Assembly (NCBI GenBank): GCA_003194425.1
Contig: PQXB01000001.1
Location: forward strand, 700,444-732,443
Source: Candidatus Methanophagaceae archaeon
Lineage (GTDB): Archaea > Halobacteriota > Syntropharchaeia > Alkanophagales > Methanospirareceae
Direction of reading: 5' to 3'
Length of the DNA stretch: 32,000 bases
Part shown: positions 9,491 to 17,208 of the stretch, piece after piece
Layout: every line of letters starts with the position of its first letter
How positions within the stretch are numbered: position 1 is the stretch's first letter
Program-made: the position numbers and the translations under genes
The notes under the pieces: model-generated
Told to the model about the DNA's origin: nothing
Database searches by the model: none
The model's input: the letters and a program-made list of their open reading frames with translations, nothing else

Positions 9491-9541
9491 TCCTGTTATT
9501 TTTGATTTTTTTGTACACGATATTTTTCACTCTTCTGCTTA
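9491..9541 (-). repeat. Copy 2 of duplicated nrdD 5' end/leader segment
   Basis: tttttttgtacacgatatttttcactcttctgctta is a direct repeat of 9251-9298, about 240 bp away. It creates the spurious 70-aa ORF 9318..9530. Confidence 0.7.
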
Positions 9542-9577
9542 CTCACAAAACCTCCAAGCCTCCAAGCCCCGAAACCA

Positions 9578-9949
9578 CTAACCTTTAAGCCTCTTCAAGA
9601 CCAGAATGTCAGGTCTCGGCGGGGCTTTAGAGCCCGCAAACTCCTTCTTACACCGCTCACACAACTCCCTCGCAGTAAGCGTGACCACCTCTTCGCTGCC
9701 CGGCAGTTTCCTGGCGTACACGAACTCTGGCTCAACGCCAACTGCTCTGCTTATTTCTTCCAGCGTCCCTGTTATTTTCGCGCCAAAGACCTCTACATCG
9801 TCGCTCCGCAGACCTCGCAAGTCAGCTGCGAACCCGACGCAGCCGCAGACCATTCCGAAGACCTTCGCCTCAGGCACGAACACATTTCCTACCTGCCTTC
9901 TCAGTTCCGCTTCAAGCCGTTTCCTACCTTCTTTTAACTCTTCTTTCAC
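9578..9949 (-). CDS. Hypothetical 123-aa protein, last gene of the U32-like operon
   Basis: The GTG start overlaps the upstream stop (GTGA at 9946-9949), which suggests translational coupling. No family recognised. Cys pairs are present (CGC, CERC). Confidence 0.5.
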   Translation of the reverse strand: MKEELKEGRKRLEAELRRQVGNVFVPEAKVFGMVCGCVGFAADLRGLRSDDVEVFGAKITGTLEEISRAVGVEPEFVYARKLPGSEEVVTLTARELCERCKKEFAGSKAPPRPDILVLKRLKG

Positions 9950-11013
9950 TTTCTCTCCACCTTCAAAACTTTACTCGTCAGTTCGTCGCAAAACCTGCAC
10001 TCGTCGCAGATTTTTCTGCACCGCTTCCATTTTTTTATGCTCCCCGCCTCTCCCAAGAGTTCGTTGTCCAAGTGAAAAGCGTAGCGGAGTTCGGAGGGGC
10101 AGTCGAGGATTTCAAGCAGGTTTCGCTGGTTGCCTTCCCCCTTAAGTGACCGTTGCGAGTACGCCCGCACGCAATTAATTATCCAGTTCACTGCGTTCGC
10201 CCGCCCCGAAATCTTGAAGTCGTGAATCCCGATCGCTTCGTACTCCGCCAAGTCCTCAGGTCTAATCCACGGCGACCGCACAATTTGCGACGGGTCTCGC
10301 ACTCGGATTGAAATGCACTTGTCGAAGTAGTAGTCGGCGAAGGTGTTCAGGGGTTGTGCCTGTGCCCCTGCGTTCAGGAGCGAGGTGCGGGGGGAGGTAA
10401 TGTGAGAGAAGAGGTTGAAGTGGGCGTGCCTGAACGGGCATTTGTAGAGGCAGCCCTCGTTCACGATCAGTCGGATGTCGCAGTCAACCGCCCGCAAAAT
10501 CGCTTCCAAAACCCCGAAGTCCCTGTTTATATTCGTGTCAAGAGTGATTCCGTCAGCGCCGAGGTCTTCAAAGAATTCGGCACGCTGCGGCGAATTCACA
10601 TGCGCCACGCAAGACACAACCGTCTCGAGCGGTGAGTCGCGCAGCAGCTCCACGAGGTACGGCTCTGCCACTGTAACGCCGTCTACGCCCGCCTTCTCGA
10701 GTTCCCCGAAGTACCACTCAAAAATCCGGTAGCCCTCGAAGGTTAGGTGGAAACCGCCCAAGCAGGACGGGTTCAGCACGATGTTCATTTTTAGGCGGTG
10801 CTGGTGTGCGTACTCGGTCTGCTCTCGAATTTCGTCGATTAGGGCTGCGTGCAGCGTCGCCCGACCGCTGCCCAGCACCTCTGGCGAGCCCGCCATATAA
10901 ACCTCGCTCACCTCGCTCATCTCGCTCGCCTCGTTCAAGCCCCCCGCTTCTTTTGCCGCGATTATTTCTTTCAAAGCCGCGAAATGCCCCGGGTGCGGAA
11001 TTATTAATTTCAT
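9946..11013 (-). CDS. U32-family (UbiU/UbiV/RlhA-like) TIM-barrel Fe-S protein, paralog 2
   Basis: I place the start at ATG 11013 (MKLIIPHPGHF). This aligns with the N-terminus of the upstream paralog and forms an ATGA overlap with its stop. Layout is Gly-rich start, H-x-H-RLKMNIVLN strand, VDGVTVAEPYLVELL, RLIVNEGCLYKCPFRH and a C-terminal CRKICDECRFC cluster. The family call is by eye. Confidence 0.55.
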   Translation of the reverse strand: MKLIIPHPGHFAALKEIIAAKEAGGLNEASEMSEVSEVYMAGSPEVLGSGRATLHAALIDEIREQTEYAHQHRLKMNIVLNPSCLGGFHLTFEGYRIFEWYFGELEKAGVDGVTVAEPYLVELLRDSPLETVVSCVAHVNSPQRAEFFEDLGADGITLDTNINRDFGVLEAILRAVDCDIRLIVNEGCLYKCPFRHAHFNLFSHITSPRTSLLNAGAQAQPLNTFADYYFDKCISIRVRDPSQIVRSPWIRPEDLAEYEAIGIHDFKISGRANAVNWIINCVRAYSQRSLKGEGNQRNLLEILDCPSELRYAFHLDNELLGEAGSIKKWKRCRKICDECRFCDELTSKVLKVERK

Positions 11014-12017
11014 TTCAACACCTCCAACACCTCCTTCGTGACACGCTCGCAGAACCCGCACTCGCCACAGACCTTCCTGCAACTTTTCCAACGCTCCACG
11101 CAACCCGCCCGCCCCAGCTTCTCGCTGTCCAGATAAAACATATGCCGAAGCATCTGCGGGCAGTCGAGGAGTTCGAGCAGGTTGCCCTTGAACGACCGCT
11201 GCGAGTACGCCCGAATGCACTCAATTATCCAGTTCACCGCCTTCGTCCTGCCCGAGAGTTTGAAGCCCTGAATCCCCAACGCCTCGTACTCCGCCAAGTC
11301 CTCGGGTCTAATCCACGGCGACCGGACAATCTGCGACGGGTCTCGCAGGCGGATTGAGATGCACTTGTCGAAATAAAAGTCAGGCGCGAAGAGCGGCGAG
11401 CGGGGCTGGTTCAGACCGCTGAGGTGCGAGGCGAGGTTGTAGTGCGAGTACCTGAACGGGCACCTGTAGAGGCAGCCCTCGTTCACAATCACCCGAACGT
11501 CGCAGTCGACCGCCCGCACAATCGCCCGCAAGAGCCCGAAGTGCCGATTTATGTTCGTGTCCACTGTAATCACATCCGCACCGAGTTCTTCAAAGAACCT
11601 CGCACTCTGCGGTGCGTCCACGTAAGCAAGAACCGAGACGACGGCTTTCATTGGGAAGTCCCGCAGCAGCTCCACCAAGTACGGCTCTGCCACAATCACG
11701 CCGTCCACTCCCGCCTCGTTCAAAGCCCGAAAATACCACTCAAACATCTTGTAGCCCTCGAAGGTCAGGTGGTGCCCGCCCGTGCAGGTGGAGTTCATCG
11801 CGATGTTCATTTTTAGGCGGTGCTGGTGTGCGTACTCGGTCTGCTCTCGAATCTCCTCAACCAGCGGCGCGTGCAACACACCCCGACCGCTGCCCATCAC
11901 CTCCGGCGAGCCGCCCATAAAAACCTCCTTCACCTCGTTCAAGCCCTCTGCTTCCTTGACTTCTACTATTTCCTGCAACGCCGCGAAATGCCCCGGGTGT
12001 GGAATCATTAAACGCAT
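11010..12017 (-). CDS. U32-family (UbiU/UbiV/RlhA-like) TIM-barrel Fe-S protein, paralog 1
   Basis: 335 aa, collinear and clearly homologous to 9946..11013 over its whole length (MRLMIPHPGHFAALQEI..., VIVNEGCLYRCPFRYSH, CRKVCGECGFC). Confidence 0.55.
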   Translation of the reverse strand: MRLMIPHPGHFAALQEIVEVKEAEGLNEVKEVFMGGSPEVMGSGRGVLHAPLVEEIREQTEYAHQHRLKMNIAMNSTCTGGHHLTFEGYKMFEWYFRALNEAGVDGVIVAEPYLVELLRDFPMKAVVSVLAYVDAPQSARFFEELGADVITVDTNINRHFGLLRAIVRAVDCDVRVIVNEGCLYRCPFRYSHYNLASHLSGLNQPRSPLFAPDFYFDKCISIRLRDPSQIVRSPWIRPEDLAEYEALGIQGFKLSGRTKAVNWIIECIRAYSQRSFKGNLLELLDCPQMLRHMFYLDSEKLGRAGCVERWKSCRKVCGECGFCERVTKEVLEVLK

Positions 12018-12080
12018 TTTCTCTCTTCTCTATCTATTTTATATTGTTTTATAAAATCCCCTTATGAAAAATTGAGAGAG

Positions 12081-12983
12081 ATGAAAGCGATTCTTTTAGC
12101 AGGAGGGTACGCCAAGAGGCTCTGGCCACTGACGAGGGACTGCCCAAAATCGCTGCTCCCGGTTGCGGGTAAGCCGATGATTGACTATATTTTGGACAGA
12201 GTAGAGCAGGTAGAGGAGATTGAAGAGGTGTTCCTGTCCACGAACCGGCGCTTTGAGGCACAGTTCAAGGAATGGCTTGAGACCTACAGAGACAGACACA
12301 AAGGCACAGGAGGCAAAGAGATTGAATTGGTAATTGAGGAGACGAGAGAAGAGGGGGAGAAATTGGGTTCGATTGGGGCGTTGGATTTCTTGATTGACCG
12401 CTTTGGTCTGGAGGAAGATTTGCTGGTCGTGGGAGGAGACAATCTCTTTGACTTTGACCTGCGGGATTTTGTTGGGTTTTACAAGGCGAAGGGAAAGGCG
12501 AAGGGAAAGGCGAAGGGAAAGGCGAAGGGAAAGGCGAAGGGAAAGGCGAAGGGAAAGGCGAAGGGAAAGGCGAAGGGAAAGGCGAAGGGGAAGACGAAGG
12601 GGAAAACAAAGGGAAAGAGAGAGAAGAGCAGTGTAGTGCTTTTGTACGATATGAGAGAGAAGGAGCGGGTGAGAGGGAAGTACGGGGTCTTGGAGGTGGA
12701 CGCGGATTTTAGAATCGTTAATTCTGAAGAGAAGCCAGCAGAACCAAAGACGACCCTAATTTCTACCGCCTGCTACATCTTCACAAAATCTGATTTGGCG
12801 TTGGTCAAAGAATATTTGGCAGCGGGAAATAATCCTGACGCCATCGGGTTCTTCGTCTCTTGGCTGTGCAAGAAGCGGGAGTTGTACGGGCTCGTTCACG
12901 ACGGGCTGTGGTTTGACATCGGGAGTTTTGAGGACTACGAGCGTGCGAATGCGGTTTTTTGCAGTTCGAGGAAGACCTGCTAG
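12081..12983 (+). CDS. Sugar-phosphate nucleotidyltransferase (NDP-sugar pyrophosphorylase family)
   Basis: MKAILLAGGYAKRLWPLTRDCPKSLLPVAGKPMIDYIL is the canonical G-x-G-x-R-L nucleotidyltransferase N-terminus. ATG 12081 is preferred over TTG 12072. The gene contains an internal (KGKA)n insertion. Confidence 0.8.
   Translation: MKAILLAGGYAKRLWPLTRDCPKSLLPVAGKPMIDYILDRVEQVEEIEEVFLSTNRRFEAQFKEWLETYRDRHKGTGGKEIELVIEETREEGEKLGSIGALDFLIDRFGLEEDLLVVGGDNLFDFDLRDFVGFYKAKGKAKGKAKGKAKGKAKGKAKGKAKGKAKGKAKGKTKGKTKGKREKSSVVLLYDMREKERVRGKYGVLEVDADFRIVNSEEKPAEPKTTLISTACYIFTKSDLALVKEYLAAGNNPDAIGFFVSWLCKKRELYGLVHDGLWFDIGSFEDYERANAVFCSSRKTC
12483..12615 (+). repeat. 12-bp tandem repeat (aaggcgaaggga, about 9 perfect plus degenerate copies) encoding (KAKG)n inside the nucleotidyltransferase
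   Basis: aaggcgaagggaaaggcgaagggaaaggcgaaggga... translates to KAKGKAKGKAKG...KTKGKTKGK. The tract is in frame and splits the conserved fold. Confidence 0.9.
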
Positions 12984-13046
12984 ATTTGAGTTGGATAAAA
13001 TTACAAAACCGTTTCCGTCCTTCGTAGGTTGCAGATTTTCTTTTGT

Positions 13047-13193
13047 CTACTTCCCCCTGTGGCTGGATTTCATCCTCAAGTCCTTCGACCCACATTTACG
13101 GCACCTCGTCGCCCTGAACGCGTTCCTCGCATTGCAATCCATGCAAATCTTCATGCGGAAGAGCCTCGCCTCCGCCTCTGCAAATCTTGCCAT
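13047..13193 (-). CDS. rpl40e: 50S ribosomal protein L40e
   Basis: Not in the ORF track (48 aa). The minus-strand ATG 13193 to TAG 13047 gives [48 protein letters not shown]. This is the classic archaeal L40e with its C-x2-C...C-x2-C zinc ribbon. Confidence 0.85.
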   Translation of the reverse strand: MARFAEAEARLFRMKICMDCNARNAFRATRCRKCGSKDLRMKSSHRGK

Positions 13194-13249
13194 TTCGTTC
13201 GTTTCTTTCCTCTTTCTATTTACTTACCCAGCACCAGCATAAAAACCTC

Positions 13250-15952
13250 TCAAAACAAAATCACCACTCTCGTGCCGTCAACATCGAGAATCTCTCCTCC
13301 CTCCTCGCTTTTCCCCTCGCTTTCCTCTCCTGTTTTACTCTCTCTCCTGCACAGCTCCACCTTCGTGGCGGTTGCGTTTTCTATATCTTCGGTCTCCAAT
13401 CCAGCCCCTCTTTCTACCGTGCCCGTTCCAGCGTCGTAAATCTCGATTTTACGCAGCGGTGCATTTAGCGGAATGCCACGCTCGGATTTGTAGCTTCTGA
13501 CCGCTCGGACGATGCCAGCAATTAAGTCCCCCTCCCTCTCCGCTTTTCTCTCCGCTTCTGCCTCGCTCGGGTCACTCGGGTCGCTCCACGCCTCCTGCTG
13601 CTGCTCTACTTCTGCCTCGGGCCACTTCTCCTCGTGCACGCTCTTTCCGCCTCCCGCTCCTGCGATGTAGGAATACATTTCTTCGGCGTAAAAGGGGACG
13701 AACGGTGCGAGCAGAAGGGAAAGCGTCTTCAGCGTTTCGTGTAACGCGTACTTGGCGGATTCCTGCCCGCTTGCCCCGCTCCTCGCCCCTTCCGCTCCGT
13801 TCCGCCCCTCCTGCCGACCGTAGAGCCCCTCCTGCCGACCGTAGAGCCGCGACTTTGCGAGTTCGATGTAGTCGTCTGCAAGCACTTCCCACGCGAACGT
13901 CCGAATGCTCTTGAAAGCATTGTCGAACTTGAAATTCTCCATCGCGGCGGTTACCGAGCGGACGAGCCGGTTCAGTTTTGCGAGCAGCCACCTGTCCACG
14001 ACTCGCAGTCTTGGTCTCGGATTTACCGCTCCTTCTTCGCCCTCGTAGTCCGCGAGGTGAATCATTGCGAACCTGAGGATGCTCCAGAGTTTCTGCGTAA
14101 ATTTGGTCGCAGCCACAATGTCCTTCCACCTGAACTGCACATCCGAGCCCACGGCACCGCCGATCGCCGCCCACTGCCTGAACGCGTCCGCACCGTGCTT
14201 TTGAATCACGGCGTCAGGCGAGACGGTGTTGTTCCGCGACTTGCTCATTTTGTAGCCGTCCTCGCCCAAGACCATCCCGTTTATCAAAATCGTGTGCCAG
14301 GGGATTTTGTGTGTGAGGGCAGCGGAGCGGAGGATTGTGTAGAACGCCCAGGTTCGGATAATGTCGTGCCCTTGCGGTCGTAGTGCAACTGGCTCAAACT
14401 CAACCCCTGCCCCTGCCTCCCTTGTCCCTGCCGCCCCTGTCCCTGCCGACTCTGACGACGCGTTAAGGTCCCAGCCAGCCGTCCAGAGCGCGGTCAACGA
14501 GGAGTCCATCCAAGTGTCCAAGACATCTTTTTCACCCTCAAACTCTGTCCCGCCACAATTTACACAAGCCGTCTTCGGACTCGTCTCCAAAGGGTCTACG
14601 GGCAACTCCTCTCCCTCCTCCTCCGCAGCGACCTTCACTGCACCGCAGTTTTTGCAGTACCAAACCGGGATCGGCACGCTGAAAATCCGCTGCCGCGAGA
14701 TGCACCAGTCCCACTCCATCGTCTCAACCCAGTTCTCCAGTCGGACGCGGAAATGCTCGGGGTGCCACCTTATTTCCTGCGCAGCCTTTTTCACCGCCTC
14801 CTTCTGCACTCGCACGAACCACTGCCGCGTAGAAATAATCTCAATCGGAGTCTTGCACCGCCAGCAGACCCCTACACTCTGCCGTAGCCTCTCACGCCTT
14901 TTGAGCAGTCCTGCAGCCTCCAAATCCGCCACCACCTTCCGCTTGCACTCCGTCACGCTCAGCCCCTCGTAGCCTCGTGCAACTGCTGTCATTCGCCCGC
15001 GTTCGTCAATTGAAGCCTTCAGCGGTAGGTTGTGCAGTTTCCACCACCGCACGTCCTGCCGATCCCCGAAAGTGCAAATCATCACAACCCCGGTCCCAAA
15101 CGCAGGGTCAACGCTCTCGTCCTTGTAGACCCGCACCCTCTGCCCGAAGAGTGGGACTTCCAACTCTACCGCTCCTCCCTCTCCCGCGATATTTTTGTAA
15201 CGCTCGTCCTCGGGGTGCACCGCCACCGCAACGCAACTCGCCAACAGCTCGGGTCTCGTGGTCGCAATTTCTACCTCCTCCTGCTGCTCTACTTCTGCCC
15301 GCTCTACTCCTTTTTCTTCTCCCGCTCTCTCTTCTCTCCCCACGATTTTGAAGACTAAATAATTTAGGTAGGCGTCCCGGTCCTCGTACTCCACCTCTGC
15401 AAACGCGATCGCAGTCTCGCACCGCGGACACCAGTTCACAGGGTGCTCGGCTCGGTAAATCAGCCCCTCGCGGTGCATTTTCAGGAACGAGAGTTGCGTG
15501 AACCTTTTGTAGCGGTCGTCCATCGTGACGAACTCCCTGCTCCAGTCAATTGACATTCCAAGCCGCTGCAGCATTCTTTTCATCTGCTCGATGTTCCCGC
15601 GGGTGAGTTCCCTGCAAAGTTCCCTGAACTCGTGCTTGCTTATTTGGTGCCGGGACACGCCCTGCTGCTCCTCTACCTTCACCTCAGTCGGCAGCCCGTG
15701 GCAGTCCCACCCCTGCGGAAACAGGACATTGTAGCCCCGCATTCGCTTGTAGCGTGCGACAAAATCAATGTAGCACCAGTTTAGCGCGTTGCCGATGTGG
15801 AAATCGCCGGTCGGGTAAGGTGGTGGCGTGTCTATGATGTAGGACGGCTTCTCCGAAGTCGGTTTGAAATAATACATTGACTCGTCCTTCCCCCAGCTCT
15901 CCAGCCATTTCCGTTCCACCGCTTCTGGCTTGTATTTCTTCTCCATCTTCAT
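13250..15952 (-). CDS. valS: Valyl-tRNA synthetase (archaeal type)
   Basis: [23 protein letters not shown] (HIGH-like), [24 protein letters not shown] and YKMSKSRNN (KMSKS). I place the start at ATG 15952 ([16 protein letters not shown]). The track GTG at 15982 lies in the upstream tandem repeat. The gene contains low-complexity inserts, for example a 21-bp x2 repeat at 13805-13846 giving [14 protein letters not shown]. Confidence 0.8.
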   Translation of the reverse strand: MKMEKKYKPEAVERKWLESWGKDESMYYFKPTSEKPSYIIDTPPPYPTGDFHIGNALNWCYIDFVARYKRMRGYNVLFPQGWDCHGLPTEVKVEEQQGVSRHQISKHEFRELCRELTRGNIEQMKRMLQRLGMSIDWSREFVTMDDRYKRFTQLSFLKMHREGLIYRAEHPVNWCPRCETAIAFAEVEYEDRDAYLNYLVFKIVGREERAGEEKGVERAEVEQQEEVEIATTRPELLASCVAVAVHPEDERYKNIAGEGGAVELEVPLFGQRVRVYKDESVDPAFGTGVVMICTFGDRQDVRWWKLHNLPLKASIDERGRMTAVARGYEGLSVTECKRKVVADLEAAGLLKRRERLRQSVGVCWRCKTPIEIISTRQWFVRVQKEAVKKAAQEIRWHPEHFRVRLENWVETMEWDWCISRQRIFSVPIPVWYCKNCGAVKVAAEEEGEELPVDPLETSPKTACVNCGGTEFEGEKDVLDTWMDSSLTALWTAGWDLNASSESAGTGAAGTREAGAGVEFEPVALRPQGHDIIRTWAFYTILRSAALTHKIPWHTILINGMVLGEDGYKMSKSRNNTVSPDAVIQKHGADAFRQWAAIGGAVGSDVQFRWKDIVAATKFTQKLWSILRFAMIHLADYEGEEGAVNPRPRLRVVDRWLLAKLNRLVRSVTAAMENFKFDNAFKSIRTFAWEVLADDYIELAKSRLYGRQEGLYGRQEGRNGAEGARSGASGQESAKYALHETLKTLSLLLAPFVPFYAEEMYSYIAGAGGGKSVHEEKWPEAEVEQQQEAWSDPSDPSEAEAERKAEREGDLIAGIVRAVRSYKSERGIPLNAPLRKIEIYDAGTGTVERGAGLETEDIENATATKVELCRRESKTGEESEGKSEEGGEILDVDGTRVVILF

Positions 15953-16027
15953 CCGCTCTTTCCCCTTCCTCTTTTCATCCACCCTTCTCCCTTCCTCTTT
16001 TCATCCGCTCTTTCCCCTTCCTCTTTT
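15950..16027 (-). repeat. 26-bp tandem repeat x3 at the valS start/leader (purine-rich on the valS strand)
   Basis: + strand copies are catccgctctttccccttcctctttt (15950-15975), catccacccttctcccttcctctttt (15976-16001) and catccgctctttccccttcctctttt (16002-16027). Each copy carries an ATG on the minus strand. Confidence 0.85.
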
Positions 16028-16143
16028 GATAAAACTTTTCCTAAAAGTTTTTTGATAAAACTTTTCCTAAAACTTTTTCTTTTTAAGAAAAACTTTACTA
16101 AAAGAAATTTATATTTTTGATCAAACTTTTAGGAAAAGTTTGA
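16026..16143 (-). promoter_or_regulatory. A/T-rich region between tRNA-Arg and valS with three copies of an imperfect palindrome (TTGATnAAACTTTT-nnn-AAAAGTTT) and a TATA-like box
   Basis: Copies lie at 16026-16050, 16052-16076 (26-bp spacing) and 16118-16143, plus a partial copy at 16088-16104. The 8-bp arms AAACTTTT/AAAAGTTT are exact reverse complements. gaaatttatattt (16103-16116) is TATA-like on the minus strand. Confidence 0.4.
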
Positions 16144-16216
16144 CGGAGCCGCTGGGATTTGAACCCAGGTCGTCGGGTCCGAAGCCCGAGGGGATAGTCC
16201 GCTACCACACGACTCC
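16144..16216 (-). tRNA. tRNA-Arg (anticodon UCG), no encoded CCA
   Basis: Minus strand: GGAGUCG-UG-UGGU-AGCGGACUA-UCCC-C-UCGGG-CUUCGGA-CCCGA-CGAC-CUGGG-UUCAAAU-CCCAG-CGGCUCC-G. It has a 7-bp acceptor stem, a 5-bp anticodon stem, U33/G37, and a T-arm with UUCAAAU. The D-stem pairs weakly (U10.C25 and U13.U22), so the score may be modest. Confidence 0.7.
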
Positions 16217-16255
16217 TTGATTTATGTTATGTTTATCAAATGAAAAACATAAAAA

Positions 16256-16964
16256 CTACTTTCTAAAAAGCCTTCTGATAGCCGGCAAAATCAGCTCTCG
16301 ATTCCTAATCAAACTATTTATGCAAGTCATCCACCACCTAGGATTATAAATGAGCAGCCTCTTTATTTTTATTATTTCTGTGTTTAAATCGAGATTAAAC
16401 GGTTCATAATTTTTAAGTCCTGAACCTACTGCCAAATATCTTTTCCAGTTCAAATCCCAATGTTCTGCCCATTTGTTCTCAATTGCTAATTTAGTAAATT
16501 CTGTTCCTGGCTTGGCATTAATAATTCCGATTTGAAGTATCTTTTGACTGCCTGATTCAACACCGTAAGAAATACCGATGCACCCGCTTTTTCGCATTAT
16601 TTTTAATAACTCTTCGTCAACTAACTCTACTCTTGAATCGCAGAACCATTTAATCTTAATCCTCTCCTCTAAAATTCTTTCACACACCTCCACTACTCTT
16701 CTCCGATTAATCGTAAATACCTCCTCAAAGAACCAAACATATTTTACATTTTTCTCCCCCCCCCTTCCCTTTTTCTAACATTTTTAATTCTTTTATAATA
16801 TTCTCTGCTGACCTGCCACTGTATTTTGTCTTCGCTGCATTGCAGTACAAACATCCAAAAGGACACCCTTTCCCGCAGTAGTTACAGATTTCTAAATCGT
16901 GATCTAAGATTTGAGAATTAAATGAAAAGGGGTGTCTACACGAGATTTTGAAACAAACTCGCAT
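16256..16964 (-). pseudogene. Radical SAM enzyme gene, frameshifted at a G9 homopolymer and apparently shortened
   Basis: The N-terminal fragment (16725..16964) has the CPFGCLYC CxxxCxxC motif. The C-terminal fragment (16256..16693) has RVELVDEELLKIMRKSGCIGISYGVESGSQKIL. Removing one G from the run at 16756-16764 joins ...KGKGG-EKNVKYVWFFEEVFTINRRRVVEVCERILEE in a single frame. The region after GVESGSQ looks internally deleted. Confidence 0.7.
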
Positions 16965-17208
16965 CTCTCCTCTCGTGTTACTGGAATGGAATTATATCTC
17001 GGCAAATTAATTAACAATATGTTCATATTTCTCTGTTCATATTTCCATTTTTTTCATACTGAATTTTTCTTTTTCATGCAAAGTATTTTTTACTATTTTT
17101 TGCTCTACTCTTTTTTACTCCATATAAACTTATAAACCTTTTTTAGTACCTGCAATTTAGTTTAGTACCTACAATTTAGAATTTGCAATTTAAAAAATGG
17201 GATGAAGA

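Noticed and set aside
9318-9530. 70-aa minus-strand ORF between nrdD and the U32-like operon
   Set aside because: Its N-terminus (MKNIVYKKIKNN) is just the duplicated copy of the nrdD start region. The remainder is antisense to the antitoxin-like mini-ORF and has no recognisable features.
11014-11220. 69-codon N-terminal extension of the second U32-like gene (track ORF 9946..11220, 424 aa)
   Set aside because: The extension overlaps the 3' end of the upstream paralog in another frame. The paralog alignment begins at MKLIIPHPGHF (ATG 11013), which forms an ATGA overlap with the upstream stop.
4413-16027. Possible CRISPR arrays at the 19-bp (4413-4562), 12-bp (12483-12615) and 26-bp (15950-16027) repeat clusters
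   Set aside because: The repeats are directly tandem with no unique spacers. Units are too short or lie in frame within genes. No cas genes are in the window.
16020-17208. Integrated mobile element at tRNA-Arg
   Set aside because: No integrase or transposase ORF is present and I could find no direct repeat of the tRNA 3' half. Only the compositional anomaly and the decayed gene are reported, as a finding.
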